Assembly (NCBI GenBank): GCA_963422645.2
Contig: CAXXVO010000009.1
Location: forward strand, 64,001-128,000
Direction of reading: 5' to 3'
DNA: 64,000 bases
Source: Alphaproteobacteria bacterium
Lineage (GTDB): Bacteria > Pseudomonadota > Alphaproteobacteria > UBA828
A program made the position numbers and the translations under genes. Shown here piece by piece: positions 1 to 10,202 of the stretch (position 1 is the stretch's first letter; the number at the start of each line of letters is the position of its first letter). The notes beneath the pieces are model-generated. The model worked only from the letters and a program-made list of their open reading frames with translations, was not told the origin of the DNA and ran no database searches.

Positions 1-462
1 TACCCGGGGCCGGAGGCGGCGTTTACGGCCTTCAACAAGTTCGTCGATGCCAGGCTGCTCGGGCGCTGCGCCGCTTGGGCCGCCCAAAATCCCGCCTGCG
101 CCGGCGAGGCTTTCAACGTGACCAACGCCTCGGGCATGCGCTGGTGCAACCTCTGGCCGATGTTCACCGAGTATTTCGGCTGCCGGCCGGGCGTCCTCGT
201 GCCGATGAGCCTCGCGGACTTCATGGCGGACAAGGGGCCGGTCTGGGACGAGATCGCGCGCAAGCACCAGCTCAAGCCGATGGCCTTCTCCGACCTTGGC
301 GACTGGGGCTTCGCCGACTGGAACTTCGGCCGCACCTGGGACACCATCCTGGAAGATACCAAGCGCCTGCAGTACGGCTTCACCGAAGCCATCGACACCG
401 ACCAGAACTTCATCGAGATCTTCGACGACATGCGCGCCGCCCGGGTGATCCCCGCGGGCTAA
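1..462 (+). CDS. PRISE/VEP1-like (progesterone 5-beta-reductase/iridoid synthase-like) short-chain dehydrogenase, C-terminal part, 5' truncated by window
   Basis: Frame 1 is open from base 1 (YPGPEAAF...DARLLG...GEAFNVTN...W..LWP...W.FAD...K.LQYGF...R.ARVIP), matching the C-terminal pattern of PRISE-type SDRs. Confidence 0.7.
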   Translation, partial: YPGPEAAFTAFNKFVDARLLGRCAAWAAQNPACAGEAFNVTNASGMRWCNLWPMFTEYFGCRPGVLVPMSLADFMADKGPVWDEIARKHQLKPMAFSDLGDWGFADWNFGRTWDTILEDTKRLQYGFTEAIDTDQNFIEIFDDMRAARVIPAG

Positions 463-480
463 AAGAGGGTGTAGGCACGG

Positions 481-608
481 GGCGGGGCCACCCCTCCGCC
501 TCCCGGGCCATAGGCCCGGACGGCGCGACTGCGCCGCGCGCGAATGCGCGTAGCGTCGTGCGCCCACGCGCGCGGAGCGCTCGATCGAGCGGAGCGAGCG
601 CCCGGCGC
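481..608. repeat. Chain of short GC-rich hairpins in a convergent intergenic spacer (REP-like or bidirectional terminator)
   Basis: CCGGGCC-ata-GGCCCGG (503-519), CGGCGC-gact-GCGCCG (521-536), CGCGC-gaat-GCGCG (537-550), palindrome CGCTCGATCGAGCG (578-591), AGCGC-ccg-GCGCT (596-608). Confidence 0.45.
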
Positions 609-658
609 TTGAGGGAAATGAACAAGTTGGGAGGAGCGGCGCTAAGACCCCGCCTCGC

Positions 659-1537
659 TCACCCCCTAAATCGGGGCTCCGGTAGGCCGGTGCAGCCCGT
701 GCCGGTGACAGCGAAGATGCTGCCGGCCTGCTCTTGGCCCGCGAGCACCTCCTCGCTCAGGTTTACGCGTGCGCCGGTCACGTAAAGCACGTCGAGCGCG
801 GCGCCGCCGAACATCGGGCAGGTGACCTGCTGGAAAGGCATCTCGACGGTGCGGTCGAGCGTGCCGTCCGGCGCGAATCGGGCGACGCACCGGCCGTTCC
901 AGCGCGCGTTCCAGACGTAGCCCTCGGCGTCCACGGTGGAGCCGTCGGGGATGCCCGGCGCGGCACCGGGCCCGACGAAGACGCGCTTGTTGGAGATCGC
1001 GCCGGAGGCGGTGTCGAGGTCGTAGGCCCAGATCACGTCCTGGTCGAGATCGGCGTAGTACATGACATCGCCGGCCGGGCTGAAGGCGATCGAGTTGGAG
1101 ACGACGATGCCGGTCTCGGTCTTGTGCAGGCTGAGGTCGTGGTCGAGCCGATAGAGCGAGCCGAGCGGGCGGCCCGTCATCGTGTCGTCCATGCTGCCGG
1201 CCCAGAAGCGGCCTTGCCGGTCGCAGCGGCCGTCGTTCATGCGGCTCTCGGGCTGGTCGGTCTCGACCTCGTGGATGGTCTCGACCGCGCCGGTTGCGGG
1301 GTCGAAGAAGCGGAAGCCGCCGTAGAAGGCGACCGCCATGCCGCCCTGCTCGCGCAGCACCAGCGAGCCCGGCTGCTCGTCCACCGGCACTTGTCTGTAC
1401 TCGCCCGTCCCCGGCGTGAACCAGCTGATCGACTGGCCCTTGATGTCGAGCCAGTAAAGGCGCTGGTCGACGGGGCACCAGACCGGGCTCTCGCCGAGCT
1501 GGTCACGGCAATCGACCACGCATGCGACCTCTGCCAT
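659..1537 (-). CDS. SMP-30/gluconolactonase/LRE family lactonase (copy 2)
   Basis: MAEVACVVDCRDQLGESPVW...RMNDGRCD..GRFWAGSM...SNSIAFSP...PDGSTVDAEG; metal ligands E/N/N/D present. Confidence 0.9.
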   Translation of the reverse strand: MAEVACVVDCRDQLGESPVWCPVDQRLYWLDIKGQSISWFTPGTGEYRQVPVDEQPGSLVLREQGGMAVAFYGGFRFFDPATGAVETIHEVETDQPESRMNDGRCDRQGRFWAGSMDDTMTGRPLGSLYRLDHDLSLHKTETGIVVSNSIAFSPAGDVMYYADLDQDVIWAYDLDTASGAISNKRVFVGPGAAPGIPDGSTVDAEGYVWNARWNGRCVARFAPDGTLDRTVEMPFQQVTCPMFGGAALDVLYVTGARVNLSEEVLAGQEQAGSIFAVTGTGCTGLPEPRFRG

Positions 1538-1590
1538 TGATGTTTCTCCCGATGCGTCGCCGCCTAGCGTTGCGGCAGGTTGAGGCGGAA

Positions 1591-2472
1591 TTAGCCGCGG
1601 AAGCGGGGCTCGGGCAAGCCCGTGCAGCCGGTGCCGGTGACCGCGTAGATCCCGCCAGCCTGCTCCTGGCCCGCGAGCTCGTCCTCGCTCAGCCTGAAGC
1701 GGGAGGTGGTGACGTAGAGCACGTCGAGGTCGGGGCCGCCGAACATCGGACAGGTGATCAGCTGCAAGGGGATCTCGACGGTGCGGTCGAGCGTGCCGTC
1801 CGGCGCGAAGCGGGCGAGGCACCAGCCCTTCCAGCGCGCGCTCCAGACGTAGCCCTCGGCATCGACGGTCGAGCCGTCGGGCAGGCCCGGCGCGGAACCG
1901 GGGCCGGCGAAGACCCGCTTGTTGGAAATCGCGCCGGTGGCGGTGTCGAGGTCGTAGGCCCAGATCACATCCTGGCCGAGGTCGCCGAAGTACATGACAT
2001 CGCCTTCGGGGCTGAAGGCGAGAGCGTTGGAGACGATGATGCCGGAGTCGGCCTTGTGCAGGCTGAGGTCGTGGTCGAGGCGATAGAGGGAGCCGACTGC
2101 GCGGCCGGTCATGGCGTTGTCCATGCTGCCGGCCCAGAAGCGGCCCTGCCGGTCGCAGCGGCCATCGTTCAAGCGGCTGTCGGCTACGTCCGTGTCTACC
2201 TCGTGGATGGTCTCGACCGCGCCGGTCTCCGGATCGAAGAAGCGGAAGCCACCGAAGAAGGCGACCACCATGCCGCCCCGCTCGCGCAGCACCAGCGCGC
2301 CGGGCTGCTCGTCCACCGGCACCTGCTTGTATTCGCCAGTCGCCGGCGCGAACCAACTGATCGTCTGGCCCTTGATGTCGAGCCAGTAGAGGCGCTGGTC
2401 GATGGGGCACCAGATCGGGCTCTCGCCGAGCAGGTCACGGCAGTCGACCACGCATGCGACCTCGGCCGTCAT
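1591..2472 (-). CDS. SMP-30/gluconolactonase/LRE family lactonase (copy 1)
   Basis: MTAEVACVVDCRDLLGESPIW...RLNDGRCD...SNALAFSP...PDGSTVDAEG; colinear paralog of 659-1537. Confidence 0.9.
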   Translation of the reverse strand: MTAEVACVVDCRDLLGESPIWCPIDQRLYWLDIKGQTISWFAPATGEYKQVPVDEQPGALVLRERGGMVVAFFGGFRFFDPETGAVETIHEVDTDVADSRLNDGRCDRQGRFWAGSMDNAMTGRAVGSLYRLDHDLSLHKADSGIIVSNALAFSPEGDVMYFGDLGQDVIWAYDLDTATGAISNKRVFAGPGSAPGLPDGSTVDAEGYVWSARWKGWCLARFAPDGTLDRTVEIPLQLITCPMFGGPDLDVLYVTTSRFRLSEDELAGQEQAGGIYAVTGTGCTGLPEPRFRG

Positions 2473-2543
2473 TCTCGCTCCAGATGAGTTGCCGCCCCGA
2501 CGGCGCGGCTGGGCCGCCGCATCGCGGCGGCGACAGGCCGGGC

Positions 2544-2618
2544 TGGTGGGCGCTGCTGGATTTGAACCAGCGACCCCCGCCGTGTGAAGACGGTGCTCTC
2601 CCACTGAGCTAAGCGCCC
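2544..2618 (-). tRNA. tRNA-Val(CAC)
   Basis: Reverse complement GGGCGCTTAGCTCAGTGGGAGAGCACCGTCTTCACACGGCGGGGGTCGCTGGTTCAAATCCAGCAGCGCCCACCA: cloverleaf, anticodon CAC, GGTTCAAATCC T-arm, encoded CCA. Confidence 0.95.
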
Positions 2619-2685
2619 GCCCGGCAGGCGATTAGAAGAATCGCGCCCGCCTCTGTCAAGGCGCTGCGACGCGTGCCTGCGAAAC

Positions 2686-3681
2686 CTAGTCGTAGAGCAC
2701 GATGCAGCGCACCTCGATGCTCCAGCGATCGGGGGCGTCCGGCGCCGTCATCGGGTCCTGGAAAGCGGTATGGAAGCTGAAGGTGCAGGGCGCGTCGGGA
2801 CACGTCGCGTCCGCGCTTGCCCCCTCGGAGCGCGCCATGCCCCCCGCTGAATCCCACTGCTTGATCAGCAACGCCTCATCGCGGGTGAGCGCGGGATAGA
2901 AGTACCAGCGATGATCGTCGGCGTGCTTCGCAAAGTAGTTCTCGCCGATCCGGTCCGCGTAGTGAATCTCGAACACCACCAGATCGTCCGGATGCACGCT
3001 GACCGCATCGCAGAGCGCAAGCGGGTAGGTCGCGACCGGCTCCGCCGCGATGTTCCGCCAGAGATTGATGAGCGCGAACCGGCCCGAGTCGAGAGCGCGC
3101 GTCACATCCGCCTCGTCCAGCAGCGTTTCGCCCTCAGCGAGCTGCGTGCGATACGTGTCGTTGACGGCCGGTGGATTCGCGAGGTCGCGTAAGCGCTGCG
3201 GGCCGCTGGTCAGCGTGTAGTCGCCGTGCACGATCTGCGCGGGACGCTGCACCTGCTGCCCGCCCGCAATGCTACGACCGCTCAGCTTGCCGGCGGCCGA
3301 GCGCACGTTGTGGTCGAAGGCCTTGACGATGCGCGCGCCCGCGTGCTCCCGAACGATGTCGGCACAGTGCGGGTAGTAGCGACGCACGACCTGCTCGTGA
3401 TCCAGAAAGTCGATCTCGAGGTCCGCCAGCGGCCGCTCGAGCATTTCGAAGCCGTTGGCTTCGAGGGTGCGGCGCTCGGGCTCCGCCAGGCCGCGCGCGT
3501 CATGAATCGTCATCTGCCGCTTGTCCACATCGGCGCCGACCCAGGGGGTGTCGTTGCCTTCGGTGTTCCTGTGCACGAACACCTTGCCGTTGCGGTAGAG
3601 CGAGGTCTCGACCGACGTCGCAAGGTAGGTCACCGCTCCGGTACGCACCGCGTCGGTCTGTGCTTGTTGCGCCACGTTCAT
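2686..3681 (-). CDS. CmcJ/NvfI/AsaB-family Fe(II)/2-oxoglutarate-dependent oxygenase
   Basis: FDHNVR, VHGDYT (HxD), INLWR..., PLALCDA, HRWYFYP, FHTAF (distal His), RWSIEVR. Confidence 0.8.
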   Translation of the reverse strand: MNVAQQAQTDAVRTGAVTYLATSVETSLYRNGKVFVHRNTEGNDTPWVGADVDKRQMTIHDARGLAEPERRTLEANGFEMLERPLADLEIDFLDHEQVVRRYYPHCADIVREHAGARIVKAFDHNVRSAAGKLSGRSIAGGQQVQRPAQIVHGDYTLTSGPQRLRDLANPPAVNDTYRTQLAEGETLLDEADVTRALDSGRFALINLWRNIAAEPVATYPLALCDAVSVHPDDLVVFEIHYADRIGENYFAKHADDHRWYFYPALTRDEALLIKQWDSAGGMARSEGASADATCPDAPCTFSFHTAFQDPMTAPDAPDRWSIEVRCIVLYD

Positions 3682-3690
3682 GAGTAATCC

Positions 3691-4752
3691 TTATGCAAGC
3701 CAGCGCGCGAGATTAGCACGCACGAAGTCGTCGTCGGTGAGGTGCGGGTAGGCCGCCGAGACCCGGTCGATCTCGGCCGCCTGGCCGGGACTCAGCCCCT
3801 CCTCCGGGTCGAGGCACCAGATGCCGCGCATCAGCCCCTGGCGGCGCAGCACCTCGTGGCAGCCCGCGATGCAGCCCCGAAAGTCGTTGGCGACGTCGAA
3901 GAGCGCGGCGTTGCAGTCGGTGATCTGGGAGTCGAGCGCCAGAAAATCCGGATCGATCGCGCCCGCCTCCGCGGCCGCATGGGCGCGGTCCAGCAGCGCC
4001 ACCGCCCGCTTGACCCAGACGTTCCAATGGCCGAGCAAACCGCCCCTGATCCGCACCGTGACCGCGTCTGCGCCGCGCATGAGGCGCCAGGGCGTGACCA
4101 GATCGAGCAGGATGTGATCGTCGTTGCCGGTATAGAGGGTCACGCGATCTTCGGCGCCAGCCTCGACGACACCACGCACCACGTCCAGCGTGCGGTAGCG
4201 GTTGAAGGGCGCAATCTTGATCGCCACCACGTTCTCCAGCGCGGCGAGGCGGCGCCAGAAGGAGGGTCCCAACACGACCCCGCCCACCGCCGGCTGCAGG
4301 TAGAAGCCGACCAGCGGGATGCGCCGGGCGAGCCGGGCGCAATGCTCCAGCCGCTCGTCTTCGCTGGCGCCGGCGAAGGCGGCGAGGCTCACCATCCCTG
4401 CGTGATAGCCGAGCCCAAGCGCAGTGTCCGCCTCGGCCAGAGCCTGCTCGGTCCGCCCGACCAGGCCGGCGATTCGCACCAGCGGTCGGTCGGTCCAGGC
4501 ATCCGCGGTCTCGGCGACCAGCTTCAGCACCGGCTCGTAGAGCCCCGCCTCCCTGATCGCGAACTGCGTGGTGTGGACACCGACCGCGAGTCCGCCGGCG
4601 CCCGAGTCGATGTAGTAGCGGGAGAGCGCCCGCTGCCGCTCGGCATCCAGCCGGCGCTCGGCGTCGAGCGCGAGCGGATGCGCCGGGATCACCACGCCCT
4701 TGGCGAGCGTCGCCCGCACCGGCGCCGGCACGTCGACCCAGGCGAGGATCAC
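3691..4752 (-). CDS. Dihydrodipicolinate synthase (DapA/NAL) family aldolase-like protein
   Basis: [39 protein letters not shown] (Schiff-base Lys), YTGNDD. Confidence 0.8.
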   Translation of the reverse strand: MILAWVDVPAPVRATLAKGVVIPAHPLALDAERRLDAERQRALSRYYIDSGAGGLAVGVHTTQFAIREAGLYEPVLKLVAETADAWTDRPLVRIAGLVGRTEQALAEADTALGLGYHAGMVSLAAFAGASEDERLEHCARLARRIPLVGFYLQPAVGGVVLGPSFWRRLAALENVVAIKIAPFNRYRTLDVVRGVVEAGAEDRVTLYTGNDDHILLDLVTPWRLMRGADAVTVRIRGGLLGHWNVWVKRAVALLDRAHAAAEAGAIDPDFLALDSQITDCNAALFDVANDFRGCIAGCHEVLRRQGLMRGIWCLDPEEGLSPGQAAEIDRVSAAYPHLTDDDFVRANLARWLA

Positions 4753-5804
4753 GATGCCGCCGACGCGGAGAACACGCCGTCCCTCACCTCGTACTGGGTG
4801 GGCTTGGCGAGGCTCGGCATGTCACGGGCCACCCAGTCCGCCACCCAGTCGATCATGCGCCCGAGGGGCACGCGCGGATAGCCGAAGAGAGCGAAGGCGT
4901 GTTCAGCATTGGTGAGCCAGCCGGATGGCGCCTCTTCGCGGACCAGGACGGGCTCCTTGCCCAGCCGCTCGCCGAAGGCTGCCGCCAGCGCACGGATGCT
5001 CACGGTCTCGGGCCCGCTCACGTTGATCGGCGCAGTCGGCACGGCGCAGTGCTCGAAGCAGCGCAGCGCCATGGCGTTGGCGTCCCCCTGCCAGATGACG
5101 TTGACGTGCCCGGTGGCGAGGTCGACGGGCTCCCCTTCCCGCACCTTGCGGGCCACGTCGTGCAGCACGCCGTAGCGCATGTCGATCGCGTAGTTGAGCC
5201 GCACCAGGCAGCCCGGCGTGCCGTGACGGCGCGAGAAATACTGGATCAGGCGCTCGCGCCCGACGCAGGAGTTGGCGTACTCGCCGGGTGGCGGCGTCGG
5301 CGGTGTCTCTTCGGTCGCGCCCTGGTGGCGGACATCGACGAAGGGATAGACGCAGCCGGTGGAGAACGCGACGATCCGCGACTCGCGGAAGGTCTCGGCG
5401 ACGATAGCGGGCAGGTAGGCGTTCATCGCCCAGGTCAGGTCGTCGTCGCCCACCGCGCCGAACTTGCGCCCAGCCATGAACACGACGTTGGGGAGCCGCG
5501 GCAGCGCGGCGACCGCGTCGCGATCGAGCAGGTCGCACTGGATGACCTCCACTCCCCAGGCGGCAAGTTTTTGGCGCACGCTCGGGTCGCTGAAGCGGCC
5601 GACGCCGACGACGCGCTTTGCGGGTGCGGCGCGCTTGGCGAGGCCGGCGAGCGTCGGCCCCATCTTGCCGCCGACGCCGAGCACGATGATGTCGCCGTCG
5701 ACACGGGCGAGAGACGGAGGGAGGGCCTCGTCCGGCGTGGTCATCAGGTCTTCGAGCGCGGCCTCGTCGGCGATGCGCACGGGCCAGTCCGGCGCGCCGT
5801 TCAT
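4749..5804 (-). CDS. NAD-dependent epimerase/dehydratase family protein
   Basis: LGVGGKMG Rossmann motif, MAGRKFG, FSTGCVY, GEYANSC; 4-nt overlaps with both neighbours. Confidence 0.8.
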   Translation of the reverse strand: MNGAPDWPVRIADEAALEDLMTTPDEALPPSLARVDGDIIVLGVGGKMGPTLAGLAKRAAPAKRVVGVGRFSDPSVRQKLAAWGVEVIQCDLLDRDAVAALPRLPNVVFMAGRKFGAVGDDDLTWAMNAYLPAIVAETFRESRIVAFSTGCVYPFVDVRHQGATEETPPTPPPGEYANSCVGRERLIQYFSRRHGTPGCLVRLNYAIDMRYGVLHDVARKVREGEPVDLATGHVNVIWQGDANAMALRCFEHCAVPTAPINVSGPETVSIRALAAAFGERLGKEPVLVREEAPSGWLTNAEHAFALFGYPRVPLGRMIDWVADWVARDMPSLAKPTQYEVRDGVFSASAAS

Positions 5805-6637
5805 GACGTGAGCTCTGGGCGGCGGTCCGCACGGTAGGTCGCGATGGCGCGCCAGCGGTCGAGATCCTCCTGCGCGATGTCGATCCGCGCCACGGCGAGC
5901 CCCTCCCCTTCGGTGAGCGCCGCCAGGATCTTGCCCGAAGGGCCGGCGATGCAGGAATGGCCGAGGCTGGTGAAGGAGAGGCCGGGCGCCAGCTCCTCGA
6001 CCCCGACGCGGTTGGCCATGGTGACGAAAGTGCCGTTCTCCAACGCGCGCGTGGCTGCGAGGCCTTGCGTCACCGGCCCGCTCCAGCCCCAGGTCTCGCG
6101 CTGATAGGCGTCGGCGATCCAGTTGGTGCTGTTGACGATGAGATCGGCGCCGAGATCGGCCAGGCGGCGCACATAGTCCGCGAAGATGAAGTCGTAGCAG
6201 ACCGTCATCCCGACCTTGCCGAGCGGTGTCTCGACCACACACGCCTCGTCGCCGGCGCGGCAGCTCTCGCGCTCGCTCGCGAAGAGATGGGCCTTGTCGT
6301 AGACCGCGAGGCACTCCCCGTCGGGCCCGAACAGGAGTTGCGAATCGTAGACGCCGCGGTCACGCTGGGTGTAGGCGCCGACCGCCATGGTAAGCTCGTT
6401 CTCCCGCGCGATCTCGCCGAGACGCCGCGCGCTCGGCCCGTCCGACGGCTCCGCCAGGTCCGCGAGCCGGCTACCTAAGAAGTAGCCGGTGGTGGCGCAT
6501 TCCGGGAAAACCACGAGGTCTACTTGCTGCGCTGCCGCGGCACGGGCGAAGCGGGCGATGGTTGCGAGGTTTCGCTCCGTGTCGCCGGTGGCGCAGTCCA
6601 TCTGCACCACGGCCAGGGTCCAGGACACGCCGCTCAT
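5801..6637 (-). CDS. Carbon-nitrogen hydrolase (nitrilase superfamily)
   Basis: Catalytic E-K-C triad: VFPEC, YDKAHLF, VCYD; RALEN motif. Confidence 0.88.
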   Translation of the reverse strand: MSGVSWTLAVVQMDCATGDTERNLATIARFARAAAAQQVDLVVFPECATTGYFLGSRLADLAEPSDGPSARRLGEIARENELTMAVGAYTQRDRGVYDSQLLFGPDGECLAVYDKAHLFASERESCRAGDEACVVETPLGKVGMTVCYDFIFADYVRRLADLGADLIVNSTNWIADAYQRETWGWSGPVTQGLAATRALENGTFVTMANRVGVEELAPGLSFTSLGHSCIAGPSGKILAALTEGEGLAVARIDIAQEDLDRWRAIATYRADRRPELTS

Positions 6638-6684
6638 GCTGCCTCCCCGCTTCGCCGCTCCCGACCGCCGCGCTACTGGCTCCG

Positions 6685-9012
6685 CTAGTTCCTGAGCGGC
6701 TTGCCGGTCTCCAGCATGTGCTCCATGCGGGCGATGGTGCCGGGCGTGCGGATGAGCGCGAGCAGCGCCTCACACTCCAGCTCCGAGAGGCGGTCCTCCG
6801 GGACCTCACGGACCGCGTCGGTCTCGCCGCCTGTGAGCACGTTGCCGAGATGCTCCACCACCACCAGATCGTGGGCGGTCGCCTTGCGGGTCTTGGCGAG
6901 CCCCTTGACCGCCATCTTGAGGGCGACGCGCCCGGTCTTGCCCGGCAGCTTGACCACGGCAGGCTCGGGCGGCGTGTAGTCCTCCGCCAGCGCCAGCGCC
7001 CTGGCCTTGGCATCGGCCAGCAGCCGGTCGCGATTGGCGGTGATGCCGTCGCCCTCTCGCAAGAACCCGAGCGAGCGCGCCTGCTTCGCCGAGCGCGAGA
7101 CCTTGGCGAGCCCGATGGTCTCGAACACCTTGGAAATCGCAGGCATCGCGCCGCCGAATCCGGTCCGGCCGGAGGTGAGACCACGCAGCATCATCTCCTT
7201 GCAGCCGCCCCAACCGGGCACGAGCCCGACGCCGGCCTCGACCAGGCCCATGTAGCTCTCGGCATGGGCCTGCACCGCGTCGCAGTGCAGCAGGACCTCG
7301 CAGCCACCGCCGAGCGCCATGCCCGACGGCGCGCCCACCACCGGGAAGGGCGCGAACTTGAGGCCCCTGAAGGCGGCCTGGCCCTGCTTCACCGTCTCCT
7401 CGATCATCGGCCAGGCGCCGACGTTCACGACGAAGAGCGCGAGACCCAGGTTCATGCCGACGGAGAAGTTGCTGCCCTCGTTGTGGATCACCAGCGCCTT
7501 CATCCCGCCGCCGACGATCTCCAGCGACTGTTCGACCAGCGCCATGATCTCGGTGTCGAGGGCATTCATCTTGGCGTGGAATTCGAGGCAGGCGACGCCG
7601 TCGCCGATATCCCAGAGGCTGGCAGAGCCGTTGCGGGTGAGCGGCTTGGTGCTGCGCTTGATGTCGGAGAGGAGCAGTACACCGTCGGGCCGCGTGAGCG
7701 GCGTGTAGCGGCCGCTGCCCGCGAGATGGTCCGCGCGGCCCTCGGCGATCCGATAGAAGCCGCCGGCCTCCGCCGCCGCCTGCAGTAGGGGCGGCACCTC
7801 CCTGCCCTCTTCTGCGAGTTTGTCCGCAAACCAGCCGGCACCCACCTCGTCGATCAGCTCGAAGGGCCCGCGCTTCCAGTTGTAGCCGAGGCGCATGGCG
7901 CGATCGACCGCCTCGACATCGTCGGCGATCTCCGGCACCAGGCCGGCGGCATAGGCGAGCGTTCCAGACATCACCTGCCATGCGTAGGCGCCGGTCTTGT
8001 CAGGGTGCTCGAAGAGGGCGCTGAGCGAGCGTCCGGCCTGCTCGATGCTCTCCAGCCGCGGGCGCCGGGCGGAACCGTACTCGCCGGTGGCGAGGTCGCG
8101 CACCTCCTTCTCTTTCTTCTCGGAGTCAGGCTTCAGCCTGTAGAAGCCGCCCTTGCCCTTGCGGCCGATATAGCCGCTCTCGATCATCTCCTTGATGAAT
8201 TCGGGCTCGTCGTAGACCGCGTGGAAGGCATCGCTCTCGGGCAATGCATCCCGCAGGCTGCGGCCGACCAGGGGCATCAGGTCGAGGCCGACCAGATCGA
8301 TCAGGCCGAATACGCCGGTCCTGGGCACGCCGATGGGGCGGCTGAGCACCGCATCGGCCTCCTCCACCGTCACCCCCTTCTCGACCGCCGCGCGCACCGC
8401 AGCAACGAGCCAGTAGGTGCCGATCCGGTTGGCGATGAAGCCCGGCGTGTCGTTGCAGGGCACGACGCCCTTGCCGAGCTTGCGGTCGGCGAAGTCGCAG
8501 ACCGCCGCCACCGCATCCGCCCGGGTCTCGGGCCCCGCCACCACTTCCAGAAGCCGCATATAACGCGGCGGGTTGAAGAAGTGGGTGATGAGGAAGTCCT
8601 TGGCGAACGCCTCCGGCAGGCCGGCGAGCAGCATGCTGGAGGGGATGGTCGAGGTGTTGGAGGAGACGATCGAGCCCTTCTTCCGCGCGGTATCGATCTT
8701 GCGGTAGATGGCCTGCTTGGCGTCCACCCTTTCGATCACCGCCTCGACGATCCAGTCCGCGTCGCCGAGCAGGTGCAGGTGATCCTCGACATTGCCGGTG
8801 GTGATGCGCTTGGCGTCCGACTTCGCCATGAAGGGCGCGGGGTCGGTCTTGAGCATCCGCGCCACCGAGCCCTCGGCGAGCGCGTTCCGGTCTTTCGCAC
8901 CGTCCGGCACGATATCGAGCAGCACCACGTCATGGCCGGCATTGGCGATGTGGGCGGCGATGCCGCCGCCCATCAGACCCGCCCCGATGACGGCCGCCTT
9001 CTGGATCGCCAT
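6685..9012 (-). CDS. fadN: 3-hydroxyacyl-CoA dehydrogenase/enoyl-CoA hydratase (FadN type)
   Basis: IGAGLMGGGIA, SSNTS, THFFNPPRYM, PGFIANRIG; C-terminal crotonase ALGGGCE; ends TGKPLRN. Confidence 0.88.
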   Translation of the reverse strand: MAIQKAAVIGAGLMGGGIAAHIANAGHDVVLLDIVPDGAKDRNALAEGSVARMLKTDPAPFMAKSDAKRITTGNVEDHLHLLGDADWIVEAVIERVDAKQAIYRKIDTARKKGSIVSSNTSTIPSSMLLAGLPEAFAKDFLITHFFNPPRYMRLLEVVAGPETRADAVAAVCDFADRKLGKGVVPCNDTPGFIANRIGTYWLVAAVRAAVEKGVTVEEADAVLSRPIGVPRTGVFGLIDLVGLDLMPLVGRSLRDALPESDAFHAVYDEPEFIKEMIESGYIGRKGKGGFYRLKPDSEKKEKEVRDLATGEYGSARRPRLESIEQAGRSLSALFEHPDKTGAYAWQVMSGTLAYAAGLVPEIADDVEAVDRAMRLGYNWKRGPFELIDEVGAGWFADKLAEEGREVPPLLQAAAEAGGFYRIAEGRADHLAGSGRYTPLTRPDGVLLLSDIKRSTKPLTRNGSASLWDIGDGVACLEFHAKMNALDTEIMALVEQSLEIVGGGMKALVIHNEGSNFSVGMNLGLALFVVNVGAWPMIEETVKQGQAAFRGLKFAPFPVVGAPSGMALGGGCEVLLHCDAVQAHAESYMGLVEAGVGLVPGWGGCKEMMLRGLTSGRTGFGGAMPAISKVFETIGLAKVSRSAKQARSLGFLREGDGITANRDRLLADAKARALALAEDYTPPEPAVVKLPGKTGRVALKMAVKGLAKTRKATAHDLVVVEHLGNVLTGGETDAVREVPEDRLSELECEALLALIRTPGTIARMEHMLETGKPLRN

Positions 9013-10148
9013 CAGGCGGCCTCGAGCACGGTGGAGATACCCTGGCCGCCGCCGATGCACTGGGTGGCAAGCGCGTAGCGCTTGCCCTCGCGACGGAGGA
9101 TCTGCGCGGCCTTGCCCGTGATGCGCGCGCCGGTGGCGCCGAGCGGGTGGCCGATGGCGATGGCGCCGCCGTCGATGTTCATGCGCTCCAGGTCGATGGA
9201 GAGCTCGCGCACGCAGGCGAGGGCCTGCACCGCGAAGGCCTCGTTGAGCTCGATCACGTCGATGTCGGACATCTTGAGCCCGGCGCGGGCGAGCGCCTTC
9301 CCCGACGAGACCACCGGGCCGTAGCCCATGATCTCGGGCGCGCAGCCCGCGACCGCGATCGCCTTGATGCGGGCGAGCACGGTAAGCCCGTTGCGCGCGG
9401 CGTACTCCTCAGTGCAGACCAGCACGGCGGCAGCGCCATCGGTCAGCGGCGACGAGGTGCCGGCGGTCACCGTGCCCTCGGCATCGAAGGCGGGCTCGAG
9501 GCCGACCAAGACCTCGGCAGAGGTGCCTGGGCGGATGCAGCCGTCGCGGTCGACCGTGCCCTCGCCGGTCTCGATTGCGATCACCTCGCCCTCGTACTTG
9601 CCGTCGCCCCAGGCTTGGGCCGCGCGGGCGTGGCTCGCGACCGCGAGGGACTCCTGCTCCTCGCGCGTGATCTGGTACTTGCGGGCGAGGTTCTCGGCGG
9701 TCTCGCCCATGGACACGTAGGCGCCCTCGTTCTTCTCGTAAAGATCGGGGTTGGGTGCCGGGTTGAAGCCGCCCATGGGCACGCGGCTCATGGATTCCAC
9801 GCCCGCGCAGATAAACGCCTCGCCGGCATCCATGCGGACTGCGCCGGCGGCGATGTGGATCGCCTGCATCGACGAGCCACAGAAGCGGTTGACGGTGGCG
9901 CCGGCGACCGAGATCGGCAGCTCCGCGATCAGCGCCACGATGCGGCCTAAGTTGAAACCCTGTTCGCCCTCGGGAAAGGCGCAGCCGATGATCAGATCCT
10001 CGATCTCGGCAGGATCAACGCCGGTCTGGGCAAGCAGGCCCAGCACGACCTCGGCGGCGAGATCGTCGGGGCGCTTCTCGACCAGCGCGCCCTTGTGGGC
10101 GAAGTGAAAGGGCGAGCGGACATAGCCGGCAATGACGGCATTATTCAT
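9012..10148 (-). CDS. fadA: Acetyl-CoA C-acyltransferase (thiolase)
   Basis: NRFCGSS, NEAFA, GHPLGATGA, CIGGGQG motifs. Confidence 0.92.
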   Translation of the reverse strand: MNNAVIAGYVRSPFHFAHKGALVEKRPDDLAAEVVLGLLAQTGVDPAEIEDLIIGCAFPEGEQGFNLGRIVALIAELPISVAGATVNRFCGSSMQAIHIAAGAVRMDAGEAFICAGVESMSRVPMGGFNPAPNPDLYEKNEGAYVSMGETAENLARKYQITREEQESLAVASHARAAQAWGDGKYEGEVIAIETGEGTVDRDGCIRPGTSAEVLVGLEPAFDAEGTVTAGTSSPLTDGAAAVLVCTEEYAARNGLTVLARIKAIAVAGCAPEIMGYGPVVSSGKALARAGLKMSDIDVIELNEAFAVQALACVRELSIDLERMNIDGGAIAIGHPLGATGARITGKAAQILRREGKRYALATQCIGGGQGISTVLEAA

Positions 10149-10202
10149 GGACTGGGGCCTCTTGCTTTGTCAGATGCTATGTGTGGCGGTGCCGGGCCGC
10201 GT

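Noticed and set aside
659-2410. 583-aa ORF apparently fusing extra sequence to the lactonase
   Set aside because: The N-terminal extension is an off-frame reading of the upstream paralog; the real start is 1537
2544-2618. tRNA-Val as the attachment site of an intact genomic island
   Set aside because: No intact integrase nearby and no direct repeat of its 3' end seen in the window; only a 10-bp inverted match at 41366
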